A DNA stretch of 64,000 nucleotides from Octopus sinensis (lineage: Eukaryota). Shown here in pieces: positions 42,016 to 55,711 of the stretch. The stretch is from assembly GCF_006345805.1 (NCBI RefSeq), contig NC_043000.1:100440001-100504000 (forward strand). The letters are read 5' to 3'. The translations under genes and the position numbers were made by a program. Numbering within the stretch: position 1 is the first letter of the stretch; each line of letters begins with the position of its first letter. Under the pieces are notes generated by a model that saw nothing but the letters and a program-made list of their open reading frames with translations, had not been told where the DNA came from and did no database searches.

Positions 42016-42619
42016 AAAGCTTGTGGTTCGATATTTACAGCGAAACTGAAAATATCTGGATATATATATATCTAAATATTCATAACCTACATCTGTATTC
42101 TTCAATATAGTAATTATGATTAAAACGTCGATCTTGTATTATTGTGTAAATTAGTTGAGCCACGGCATACGCATATATTTTATTAATTAGCCTTCCACTA
42201 ATTTATCTCAGTGACGCAGAAGGGGAGACACACGTGTTTGTGTGTGTGTGTGTGTGTGTGTGGTTGTGGATGTGCGCGCGTGTGCGTATGTATGCCTGAG
42301 TGTGTGTAAATAGCGTGTGTGTGTGTATGTGTGTGTGTGTTTTAGCAATAACGAAACGACTAACCTCAAGCTGCTGATAAACCCTTATGGGTCTATATTT
42401 CACTCCGTATATTTTATCTATTCATATACTGTAATAGACATACACACACACACACACACACATACACACACACACACACATACACACCCACATACACACA
42501 CACCATTCACACGCACACACACACAACACACACACACACACACACACACACACCACACACACAAACAAACACACATACACACACATACATATATACATGC
42601 ATGCATACATACATATATA

Positions 42620-42710
42620 CGCACATGTCTAGACATGTAACTATATGCATGAGAATACTTACGTAAAACAAAACATAAATCTGCACACATACATACATAC
42701 ACGAATACAT

Positions 42711-42752
<42 letters not shown>

Positions 42753-42930
42753 CATACACGAATACTTATATATATACATACATACGTACATACATACATA
42801 CATTCATACATACATACATGCATACATACATACACACACATACATGCACACACAAATACACACCCTCTTAATTTTGTTGAAATTCAAATGAAGGAGCCTT
42901 GGTTCAGGGTTAGAAACCAGCTCTTTCTCT
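42620..42930 (+). repeat. Copy of the segment lying 3' of the RLE fragment at 51550-51790
   Basis: Shared GTCTAGA(C/T)ATG..ATGCATGAGAATAC..AAATCTGCA, (CATA)n, GAAATTC..ATGAAGGAGCC..GAAACCAG. Confidence 0.6.
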
Positions 42931-42999
42931 ATTGGCAAGAAATCTTGAAACAAAACTGAATAGTGATATACTTACATACTAAAATACCCTGCTGATGTT

Positions 43000-43135
43000 G
43001 GTGAAATTTCAAAGAATGTCGGGATTTATCCCCACATCATCGAACAGAGCCTTAGGCTAAATTCAGATAGCTATGCGAAGCTGCAGGAGACTGTGGTCAA
43101 TCCTTTATTGGAAAGCATTGCTGCTGGGCGGCTGC
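43000..43135 (+). mobile_element. Small DD37D transposase fragment
   Basis: PHIIEQSLRLNSDSYAKLQETVVNPLLESIAAGR resembles PFIFPHDLRLNTEA..VAARR in the 6019 copy and the 48540 fragment. Confidence 0.55.
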
Positions 43136-44450
43136 TCGTTGAAATACGTATAGATGTATTTATAAATATCAAAAGTTTGAATTTTAAATCGCTTTTGTGT
43201 GATTATAAAGTATCAAACTTTGATCATATAGTCTTAACAAAATTCTGAGATGTAACACGCAGTCTGGTTGCTAGAAAACTTTGATGAGGGTGCCGGTGCT
43301 TATGTTAATATATATAATATACTCTATGATTGGCTTAATTCATTTTGATGTTAAGTGTGTAGGATCTTTTCGGTTACTATCACAGGTTCCGTATGTTTTC
43401 AGCTTTGTCCTAATTATTTTTTGTCCTAATTTGTTCTCCCGATTTAGCTTGTTGATTATGAAAATGAAATTCATTCTTTCCACAAATTAATAAATAACAA
43501 GTTAATAGCTTTTAAAGCTGGCAAATTTTGTGCAATTTAAGCCAATGGAAAGCCACTATAATACACGACCGTTAATCATATCTGTTTCCATAGGAAGAAG
43601 CAAAACTAAAGTCTGACACTTTCACCACTGCAACTACCACCACAAGTTTTGACGAGCGATATCACTTTGTGGCTGTATTATTTCGGACTGCCATTTTGTG
43701 ACAGACAGCTATAACGCACCAAATGCCAGCTTCCGATTCCTGTTTTTTGATTGGCCTAAAAATGATCAAACTTTGAACTTGTGTAATATTTTTTGTAATA
43801 AATAATTTTTCTTGTAATAAATGGATCCCAAATTCGAATTTAGTGTGAAAGATTACATCAGTATACCAAATTTGAAATTTTTAACTTAATTTTAATATTC
43901 TCAAATCTGTGGCAGCAAGAGAAAAGATCCAGTGTGCATATTTGCATTCGCCTTCATTTGCAAAGCCGTCCTTTATATATGTTGTTTTTAAAAGTAAAAT
44001 ATTCCATACTGCTTAAATCAATATATTGTTGTTTCAATTGGCCTATTATTTCTTTAATCTATACGATATAATTTACCTTACGCAATTACCAAGGCCATAT
44101 ATTTTGTCAAGGTCTTCTCTATAATATGCAGACCTAACTATAAATTAGTAAATAATTACCGCAAAAGAATGACGTTAGCAATAAGTGGAAATCAGATTTA
44201 TGGGTTGTAAAATGTATTAGATATTTATGTATCGGGATTATTTATATGTTAGATTGCAGAGAGTTAAAACATGAGAAGTGGCCAACTCATTGATTTAAAT
44301 AATAAATATATAAACAAACAGCACACGTCATGTATTGAGTATTACCTTCTTTGTTTACGACATGTAACAGAGATGTGTATGTGCGTATCCATATATGTAT
44401 ATATATGAACCTATACAAACACACGGACACAGACACACATTACATACATA

Positions 44451-45401
<951 letters not shown>

Positions 45402-45794
45402 CTAGCAGTATCGCCCGGCGTTCCTCGGGTTTGTAAGGGAAATAACTATAAAGCATTTTTAGAGAGTTATAGCCAAAAAATAGCAAAAAATGCATTAAAA
45501 ATGGAAAAAAAAATTATGGTAAATTTTTTAAAAATCATTGACTCATCGTAGACATTTTTAGAGAGTTACTTCCCTTTATTAAAAAAAATATGCATTAAAA
45601 TGGAAAAAAATGATGGTAAATTGTTTTTAAAATCGTAGACTCATCGTAGACGCGCGCTAATACCCAGAAGAGCTCGATATGAATCACGACTATAAGATAC
45701 ACGGTTTTGGTTAAACTGCATCGCAAAATGTGGGAGTAGTTAGGAATCTAAATCGGAGTAGACAGACACACAACCTTTCTTTTATATATAAAGA
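45402..45794 (-). mobile_element. Non-autonomous Helitron
   Basis: Minus strand A|TCTTTATATATAAAAG ... CCCG-AGGAACGC-CGGG hairpin ... CTAG|T; internal about 100-bp tandem duplication (45454-45650). Confidence 0.8.
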
Positions 45795-45808
45795 TATATA
45801 TATGTTCT

Positions 45809-46177
45809 TGGTTCAGACCAATTGTAAGGTACTTAGGGGAAGTGTATTCGACTATAGCCCCAGGCTGGCCAGAGCCTCGTGAATAGATTTCGTAGACGGA
45901 AGCAGAAAAAACATCTTTTATGTATAGGTGTGCATATATATATCTGTTCGTATCTTTGTGTTTGTGTTCATCCTCAACCCCAGCGCTTAAAAAACGGTGT
46001 TGCTTTGTTTACTTCCCCGTAACTTATTAGTTCGGCAAAAGAGACCGGTAGAGTGAGTACCGACCTTTAAAAATAATAAATACTGGATTCAATTTGTTTG
46101 ACTTAAGCCCTTCAAGTCGGTGCCTCAGCATGGCCGCAGTGCAAAGATTGAAACAAGTTTAGATATAAGATAAAAGA
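45809..46177 (+). mobile_element. SINE family A, diverged
   Basis: GGTTCGGCAAAAGAGACCG-type and CAGCATGGCCGCAGT motifs. Confidence 0.7.
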
Positions 46178-46323
46178 TGCATATATAAATCCCTCGCTAT
46201 ATCGCAGTTCTCTTATCGCGCACTATCGGCCGATAGTATTTATATATATATATATATTATTTTTTTATTATTTCTGTGAGAGTTCTTGGAGCGTAACACC
46301 CATGATAGTTGAGGGATTACTGA

Positions 46324-46356
<33 letters not shown>

Positions 46357-46520
46357 TGTACTCATATATACTTACATATATACATACATAACATACATTT
46401 ATGTGTATGTATGCATGTATTTATATATATATATATATTTATATTTATACATGTATACATATGTTTGTATGTTAAGTATATATGTGTATATGTATGTACG
46501 TATGTATTTATGTTTATATA

Positions 46521-46565
<45 letters not shown>

Positions 46566-47125
46566 AGACATACAAACCTGATGACAAGCATATTCATTCT
46601 TAATATGTTGTTTAAACAGATTCGAACTCGAATACGCAAATTACAATTGCATTTCGGCTTAGGAAGACACCGTTCCATTTCGGGCAATATATACTCTTAA
46701 CGTACTTAATTCATTGACATAACGAATCTTTGAGACACTGCGATGATTCTATCTTGTTGTGTCTCTACAGCCAATGCTACCTCCTGATCAGTGAAAGTAA
46801 ACCACACTTATGGCTTTTCGTTATAGAACTCAGCAAACAGATTATTTACTGATGCGTGATGATGTCTACCAAACAAATAATAGGTTATCATACGCACCGA
46901 GAACAACTAGAATCAAAACAACAGTGTAAATATTGATTGTTAATACGCTCTGGCAGAATCGAACGTGCTTATACTAATCGCTGTTGTATTTCTCATAACG
47001 CAGTCGATTCAAGAACACTAGTAAAATAAACACCATCAACACTCAGTAAAGAAGCAAAAATAAGAACACCGGATACATATCAATAGAATTAATAGGCAAA
47101 AAATAAGAAGCATGCTTTGTTGAAT

Positions 47126-47171
<46 letters not shown>

Positions 47172-47176
47172 CATAT

Positions 47177-47220
<44 letters not shown>

Positions 47221-47488
47221 ATAAATCGTAGAATAGCTGTTGCAGCCTGAAGATCGTCGTTGCATTAAATTTAAGTAGCATGAACGGAATTTAGTTGAGA
47301 CTATGTGTGTATGTATGTGCATATATTTACGCATATACGCATATTTTTACGTATATACATATGTGTGTCTGTGTCTGTGTTTCTGCGTGTATATCTGTAT
47401 GTAATCATTTAGAAGCGTGTGTGCGCGTGTGTACGTGTGTGTGTGTGCACGTGTGTGTGTGTGTGTGTGCGTGTGTGTGTGTGTGTGT

Positions 47489-47530
<42 letters not shown>

Positions 47531-47670
47531 AACCCAATGGTATGATAAACGTACGAAACACTCTGCTTGATGTCAAGTAGGATTTCAATTGCCATTTAAT
47601 TTCATATTTGCATGTACAAATGGTGTTGTTCTCTAGCATGTTAAATATATAATTACACTCACTCACTCAA

Positions 47671-47713
<43 letters not shown>

Positions 47714-48017
47714 TGCACAAACACACGTACGCACGTAAACTGATCAGCAAACAAACTATTTGTTCATGGGTGCAGATTACTGCCAAACGGATAATTTATT
47801 CGTTCTTAATAATTTCTGTTAGATTTGAACGTGAATATATGATTACTGTTGTTATCTGCTGTCGGAAAACATCTCCCTTATAGCGTTGTGTGATCATTAC
47901 TCAAATGGACTTCGATTGTGATTGATTCCTGTAAACAAAAGTTTGTATTCTTGTGAGGTTCATCAGTCCGAGGCAACATCGAGTGATGAAACAACAAGGT
48001 GGAAACATTGATTAATA

Positions 48018-48429
48018 GGGCGAGCCGGCAGAAACGTTAGCACGCCGGGCGAAATGCGTAACCGTATTTCGTCTGCCGTTACGTTCTGAGTTCAAATTCC
48101 GCCGAGGTCGACTTTGCCTTTCATCCTTTCGGGGTCGATAAATTAAGTACCAGTTACGCACTGGGGTCGATAATCGACTTAATCCATTTGTCTGTCCTTG
48201 TTTGTCCCCTCTGTGTTTAGCCCCTTGTGGGTAGTAAAGAAATAGGTATTTAGTCTGCCGTCACGTTCTGAGTTCAAATTTCGCCGAGGTCGACTTTGCC
48301 TTTCATCCTTTCGAGGTCGATAAATTAACTACCAGTTACGCACTGGGGTCGATATAATAAACTTAATCCCTTTATCTGTCCTTGTTTATCCCCTCTATGT
48401 TTAGCCCCACGTGGGCAATAAAGAAATAA
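48018..48429 (+). mobile_element. SINE family B dimer (full monomer plus 5'-truncated monomer) with 16-bp TSD
   Basis: GAAACATTGATTAATA at 48002-48017 and 48430-48445 flanks both monomers. Confidence 0.9.
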
Positions 48430-48539
48430 GAAACATTGATTAATAAATACCGTACTGGTACTTTATTTCTTTGATCGTTATACAAGGTGTTCAGGCTAAG
48501 TCTGTATTGGTGAAGCCATCTGAATATTGAAAAAATGTT

Positions 48540-48925
48540 ACCTGTATCATGATGATTCGTATGAGTATAAAAATGTCGACGTTATGACTAATGCTCAATG
48601 CTCTATGAACACTGTAAAGGCTGCAAGACATGTCATGGACAGCTGCAACGGAAACTACGAAGCCATGACTACCAGCATGGGATACATCAAGCGTTCTGAG
48701 AGCATCTGCACACCTCACATCCTTGAATAGAAGCTCAGGTTCAATTCAGACGGCGATACGAAACTGCAGGAGACTTATCAATCCCTGCGACATGTATGCT
48801 TGAAGGCCATACATGTGGCAAAGGGATTCCGCTCCTTATCATAGCTCCAGAAAGAACCAGGAGTGGTTTTCAGAGAATTTTTACGGTTTCACCAGCATCA
48901 ATTTCTGGCCTCCAACTTCCTCGAT
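48540..48925 (+). mobile_element. DD37D transposase fragment
   Basis: ICTPHILE*KLRFNSD..PYMWQRDSAPYHSSRKNQEWFSENF..NFWPP. Confidence 0.7.
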
Positions 48926-48964
48926 ATAATATTGTAATATATTATATATATTATATTAATATAT

Positions 48965-49010
<46 letters not shown>

Positions 49011-49371
49011 GGTAAAAACTGTAAGATAACAAAAGAAAGAAAGAGACCGCAATATTATGTAAATAGAGGAAATTTATATATATATATAATACTAATAAGA
49101 AAATGGAGAAACAATTTAGTTTGTTCATCAGATGTATGTATGTATGTATGTATGTATGTATGTATGTATGTATGTATGTATGTATGTATGTATGTATGTA
49201 TGCATGTATGTATGTATGTATGTATGTATCCATGCATATATACACACGTTAATGTATCTTTCTGTGATTATATATAAAAGGAAATATTAAATTGAAGGAT
49301 CATTCAACGCTTTTCAGTAGAGGAAAAAATATTTACTTTATATTGAGAGGAAAAACTTTTACAATTATACG

Positions 49372-49456
<85 letters not shown>

Positions 49457-50799
49457 TTATGCGTATAATTTATTCATAATACTCATAATAATGTTCTTAC
49501 AAAATACAGTTTTTTCGGTTATAAAAGCGTTCTTCAGGGACAAGAAGAGTGAATTTATTAACCGAAACAAACTACATTTTGTAAGAAAATTATGAATAAA
49601 TCTTGTATGCTCTGCTCCTAAATAACATCGAGTTGTTTTCAGTTATTGATTTAGTAGCGTAATGATTAGTTTCTATAACATATATACACACATAATACAC
49701 GCAAACACAAACATATATGTACATATATACGTATTTTCGTAAGTGTCCATATGTATATAAGTAAATCTGTGTGTGTGTGTGTGCGTGTATACACATACAT
49801 GTATAAATGAGCATGTATATGTATGTGCATGTATACGTAAATACATATGTATATATCATATATATTGTACTTATATACTTACATATATATACTTACATAT
49901 ATGTGTGTGTGTTCATATACATATATATATATTTATACACGCACACAAATATATGCTTGTATGAATGTATTTATGTAATTTGTGTGTGTGTGTATTGTAA
50001 TGGCGATTGTAATGGCGAATATCAATTCCTTGTATCATGTGAGAAATGATTTACTTTGACAAAGACACAACAAACTTTTGTCTGAAGAAATCTACTCAAT
50101 TGAATCGATGTCTTGATTTAATAGTTACATAGATGTTTAAATACAACCACACTGATAATAAAACTACTAATAATGATTTTGATGTGTGTTTCTATGTAAT
50201 AATACTAAATTGTTGAAATCAGTAAAATAGCCATCTCATTTGATTCAAATATAAAGCGAAACTAATTTAAATCGCAGAGGAATAACTGTATAACTACAAA
50301 AGGAAACAACGTGACAGCCTGTATATTGGCTGTCGACATGTCAGAAATAACTACCGAATCTCCCTCATTCATTTAAGAAATGATAATTTAGTGTGTTATA
50401 TTTACAAAAATACGGGTGCTTCACGGATATTTAGTCGCAGATTTATTTCTCGAGTCACAATAACAACAACATACAGTTATGTTTTGGCTATTTTCCTGTT
50501 TGTTCCATCTCTAAGGCATTGATTCTCTACATGGGTAATTTACATGTTTCAATGAACGGTGGAATCTTTTTCAGTTCATATGCTCCTGTTTCAAAAATGA
50601 GTATCACATTAGACAACGTTGTCCTGGATTCATAATACGATAGGGGATTCATGACTTGAATGTGTTCGATTATAAGCCTATTTGTTTTTCTAACCTAGCT
50701 TTCAACAACACCACGCACACACACGCATACACATTCACGTTCTTATCTATGTATGCATATATAATATATATATATATATAATATATAATTATATATATA

Positions 50800-50985
50800 G
50801 GGAGAATTCACAAAAAAAGACGAAGACAGGTGGTGTAGACAACAAACAGATGTATTAGTATAACGCTTAGGAAGTGAAAAAGTATTTAACGTTTCGAGCC
50901 TACGCTCTTCCACAGAAAGGAACACAGAGAGAATACAAGAGAGAAAATAAAGAATGTGTAGTGGCTAGCGATCTATCATGTATAT
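50800..50985 (-). mobile_element. Putative Penelope-like terminal repeat remnant
   Basis: Reverse complement aligns with 57520-57640 (CCTTTCTG..GAAGAGCGTAGGCTCGAAAC..ACTTT(T/A)TCACTT..CTAATACA..CACCTGTCT). Confidence 0.5.
50884..50919 (-). ncRNA. Hammerhead-like motif (A6U core variant)
   Basis: Minus strand CTTT|CTGTGGA|A|GAGC-GTAG-GCTC|GAAACGTT|AAAT. Confidence 0.4.
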
Positions 50986-51130
50986 ATATATATATACACA
51001 CATGCATACACACATGCATACATACATGCATGCATAAAAACATACGTACATACATACATACATACATACATACATACATACATACATACATACATACATA
51101 CATACATACATGCATGCATATATACATACA

Positions 51131-51790
51131 TAAAGCCATAGCCACTCATAATAAAAAGAAATACTGCTGGAATGTACCAGTGAAGACCTCAATAAAATGT
51201 AAGCACAACAGACCTCATATAATGATTTGTGTTAGAGAAAAGAAACTGTGCACGGTTGTGGAACTTAGCATCCCAGAAAATGTTAACATAAAGATGAAGA
51301 TTAGTGAAACAGAGAACACCTATGCTGAACTTTTGAGAAATGAGCTGTTACTCTATCCAGATTACAAGTTCAGGTTCATACCTGTAATTATTGGAGCCCT
51401 AGGGTTATGTAACACACTGCCTAAATACCAATCTTGAGAAATTAGGTTTCTCAAAACCAGAAAGGTGAAAGCTAATTCGAAGACTACAGATCCAATCCAT
51501 CTCTGGAACTGTAAAAATCTGCAAAACTTTCCAGAAATTTATCATTTAAATATATATAAGCAAGTCTAGATATGCAACCATGCATGAGAATACATGCATA
51601 AAATAAACAAATCTGCAAGTACATGCATACATGAATACATATATACATACATACATGCATACATACATACATACATACATACATACATACATACATACAT
51701 ACATACATACATACAAAAATACCCTGCTGTTGATTTTGAAATTCCAATGAAGGAGCCTCGGATCTAGACTGGAAACCAGTTCTTTAAACT
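51131..51790 (+). mobile_element. RLE-type (R4/Dong-like) non-LTR retrotransposon 3' fragment with putative 3' UTR
   Basis: ORF track: YCWNVPVKTSIKCKHNRPHIMI..CTVVELSIP..K..YAEL..FIPVIIGALG fits the HNRPD...(D/E)..P...K.KY restriction-like endonuclease pattern (D replaced by H); shifted frame ends KTFQKFII* at 51549. Confidence 0.75.
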
Positions 51791-52393
51791 ACGTCCATAG
51801 GGAGTTCCAAAAGGAGTCTGAAGCTACCTCTTTATCATTATTGTTCCCCGTGTCTACTCTGGCCCTGCGTAGTACCCTCTGTCAGTGTCCCAGCTATGAG
51901 TTAATTAGCATATTCAGGCTTGCCTACCTATGCACGTGAAGACTGGATGTGGAGGACTCTGCGGAAGAAACCTACATGGTTCAACGGAGAGAAAGGTGAC
52001 TGCAGCCACGCATTGTGGAGTATAGAAAGCAAACTGTGGCAAATAAGACATCTTGGCCATCCATTGCATTCGTATCTGAACATAAAGAGCCGGAAGAAAA
52101 ACGGTTGAACATTTTACTCGACATTTAACGAGTCTATCAATCTTCCGTTTTTATCTTTGATTATACAAATCCTTCTCACAAAAAAATTATTCGTGACTAT
52201 GTTTCTGCATCTAAAACTTATTCAGTGACCTGAAGAATTGAATAGACTGATCTATGATGACGAATAAATGCAGAAGACAATGTATGTCCATTGCTGTAAT
52301 TTAACAAGATCAAAGTTTTCTTTTCTGAAGCATTTGAAAAAGTATTTGAAAAAGTATTTTTAAAAATATGTATATACATACATTTATACATGC

Positions 52394-52425
<32 letters not shown>

Positions 52426-52519
52426 AGACATCTTGGCCATCCATTGCATTCGTATATATTATATATATTATATTAATTTTATATATATATACTTTATTTA
52501 AAAGCAGCAGAAATATAAC

Positions 52520-52566
52520 AAAAGCTGTCACTCATAGTTTCACGTTCCCGTTCGTCGGACAGTTTT
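52520..52566 (-). ncRNA. Type-I hammerhead-like motif (U4C core, G at cleavage site)
   Basis: Minus strand AAAACTGT|CCGACGA|ACG-GGAA-CGT|GAAACT-ATG-AGT|G|ACAGCTTTT: stem I CTGT/ACAG extended by AAAA/TTTT, stem II ACG/CGT, stem III ACT/AGT; AATAAA downstream (52498-52493). Confidence 0.55.
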
Positions 52567-52739
52567 GTTAAAAACTGTCCGACGAACAGCATTTGTTCTG
52601 GTAGTAAAAACTTTTGCACTTCGTTCTAAATTTGGACTTTGTGCTTTAAAAATGTCAGCTCAACCTTCAAAAGTGAGGTGAAAATAAAACTCGTAAACAC
52701 GGTGTCTCGTAAAGCGGGCCGTCGTAAAGTGAGGTATTA

Positions 52740-52773
<34 letters not shown>

Positions 52774-52775
<2 letters not shown>

Positions 52776-52888
52776 GTTCAGTCCCATTGCGTGACATCTC
52801 GGGCAAGTGTCTTTTACTATAGCCTCGGGCCGATCAAAGCCTTTTGGTAGATTTGTTAGACAGAAACTGAAAGAAGCCCGTCGTATAA

Positions 52889-52945
<57 letters not shown>

Positions 52946-53127
52946 GTCACTTGACAGTCGATGTTGGTGTGTCTACGCTCCCGTAATTTACCGGTTCGGC
53001 AAAAGTGTCCGATAGAATTAGTACTAGTCTTACAAAGAATAAGTCCTAGGGTCGATTTTTTCAACTAAAGGGCGTGCTCCAGTGTGGCCGCAACCAAATG
53101 ACTGAAACAAGTAAAAGAATAAAAGAA
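52774..53127 (+). mobile_element. SINE family A, 5'-truncated at the B-box
   Basis: GGGTTCAGTCCC..GGCAAGTGTCTT..TAGCCTCGGGCCGA..GACTGAAACAAGTAAAAGAATAAAAG. Confidence 0.85.
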
Positions 53128-53152
53128 TATATATAATATATAATATATATAT

Positions 53153-53199
<47 letters not shown>

Positions 53200-54237
53200 G
53201 TATGTATATATAAGCATGTATATGCATATATGTGTGAACGTATATATGTATAAATATATGTATGTATATATGAATATATGTATAAGTATATGCTTGTATG
53301 AATATGTGTGTGATATGTAGATGTCTTTATATCAAGCTGACACTCGTTTGTATTTTATAGTTGCGCTGACAAAACGATTTAATTCATATAACAACATTGT
53401 CTGAGTCTCCGCTGGCTCATGCTTTTATCTAGTGTTCACTCAGTACTAATACAACAATATAAATATTTATTGTGTCACCAATTCTACTACGACAACCAGT
53501 TGTTATAAATAATGAAAATATAGCAGAATAAACATTAATATTCACTGACTAATATACAAGACCATTAAAAAGAGAAACGACGTCAACAACAACGTGATCA
53601 ATATATAAACAAAAATCGTGACAGAGAAGCAAACTATAAGCTGAACTAAAAATACTATTTTATTTCATATCTCGTTATAAAGTTTTCTTTTTTGTTTATG
53701 TTGTCGGCTTGTTTTAATAAGTTCGACTATTAGAGAGAGGTACGTGCATGTGTGTGTGATGTGATCTATTATCAGCAATATAGTTTCAAATTTTAGCTTG
53801 AAAACAACCAGCAATTTTTCAGAAGAGGGGATAGTCGTTTACATCGACCCCTAGTCAACTGGTATTTATTTATTAATAATATTTTTGTTTACTCCGAAAG
53901 AATGAAAGGCAAAGTCGATCTCGGCAAGATTCGAACTTAGAACTTAAAGAGCCTGAAGAAATACTGCTAACATTCTTGTCTGGTACTTTATCAATTCTAC
54001 AAGCTTTGACAAACAATCGTTTATTTATTTTTATTTTTTTGTTGCCCATATTCGAATAAATTTATGATAATTTGTTGGGTGCTGAATGCCAAAATAACAT
54101 TAGTTTTAACAGATTACATTGACTCTGGCTTTCCAAATAACAGGTTTTCCTAAAACTATGATTTTTCTAAATGGAATTAAAATGTAATTTTGAATGTTAA
54201 ATTAGATTCGGTCAAGGTCACAATATTTTGATATTTA

Positions 54238-54605
54238 AAGGAGGCTATCGGGTAGAATCGTTGGCACGCCGGACAAGATGCTTAGCGGTGTTTCGTCTGC
54301 CATCACACTCTGAATTTTCTGCTGAGGTCGACTTTACCATTTCTCTTCACGGGGTCGATAAAATAAAGTACAAGTTGAGCACTGGGGTCGATGTAATCGC
54401 CTAGTCCCCTACCCCCAAATGTCAGGCTTTGTGCCCGTAGAAGAAAGGATTATTATTATTATGAAAGGCAACGAGCTGACAGAATCGTTAGTATGCCAGG
54501 CGAAATGCTTAGCGGCATTTCGTTCGCCTTTATGTCCTAAGTTCAAATTTCTCCATCTAATTTCGTCTCTCCTGAAATTACTGGCTTTGTGCTAAAATTT
54601 GAAGC
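54238..54605 (+). mobile_element. Two adjacent diverged SINE family B copies
   Basis: Two heads (..GTAGAATCGTTGGCACGCCGG at about 54250; GGCAACGAGCTGACAGAATCGTTAG at about 54467) separated by an (ATT)n tail. Confidence 0.7.
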
Positions 54606-55057
54606 CAATACTTTGATACTTGGTAACTCGGCCACTTAGAGATACTCAACTGACGATTCCATATTTGATAATACTACTTTATTTGAGAGTAGTATTATCA
54701 AATACTAAATATAAAATACTAAATGGAATCGATTTGATAATCGATTCCATATTTGATAATACATCATTTGCCAACACATTTGTATATGTTGTAGGGTTTT
54801 TATCTACATATTTTACTCTTGCACGTGATTACTTAATTAAATTTCATTACGACTCTAACGTTTTGAAGGGTATATGGAATTACATTGATTAATGCATTGT
54901 CTCTCGTGGAAATTAGGCAGGATCCAATGGGTTGCAGGATCTGTGGGAATTGAAACTAATGAAAAGGTTATAATGTTTAATAAAATTAAGATGGTTTAAA
55001 CTTTTTAGAAATGTCCAACACCAAGAAGAAAATTGATAAATTATATGGATATTCATG

Positions 55058-55711
55058 TATTAGTTTCTGTCGCTGGACTGCGGCCAAGCTGGCGTAGCGG
55101 CTTGAAGTGTTTCGTGATCAAATTAATTACAGTACTTAATATTTAAGTTGGTTACTTATTCTATCAATCTCAAATGCACACAGAGACACACTCTCTCTTC
55201 CTCTCCCTCTCTTCCCCCTCTCTCTCTTCCTCTCCCTCTCTTCCCCCTCTCTCTCTTCCTCTCCCTTTCTCTCCCCTCTCTCTTTCTCTCACACACACAT
55301 ACGACGGCATCCACACAGTTTCCATTTAGCAAATCCACTCACAAAGCAGTGGTCGCATTGGGGTTATAGTAGAGGAGACTTGCTCATGTTGTTGTGCAAC
55401 AGGAGTAAACTCGAAACCACGTCGTTGCAAAGCAAACATCTTAACCTATTTCTTTACTACCCACAAGGGGCTAAACACAGAGGGGACAAACAAGGACAGA
55501 CAAACGGATTAAGTCGATTACATCGACCCCAATGCGTAACTGGTACTTAATTTATCGACTCCGAAAGGATGAAAGGCAAAGTCGACCACGGCGGAATTTG
55601 AACTCAGAACGTAACGGCAGACGAAATACGTCTACGCATTTCGCCCGGCGTGCTAACGCTTCTGCCAGCTCGCCGCAAACATCTTAACCACTTAATCATG
55701 CTTGCACCTAT
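55058..55711 (-). mobile_element. SINE family A with CT-rich centre, head interrupted by SINE B
   Basis: Family-A blocks at 55058-55446 and 55675-55711. Confidence 0.7.
55447..55674 (-). mobile_element. SINE family B with 15-bp TSD
   Basis: GCAAACATCTTAACC at 55432-55446 and 55675-55689. Confidence 0.9.
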
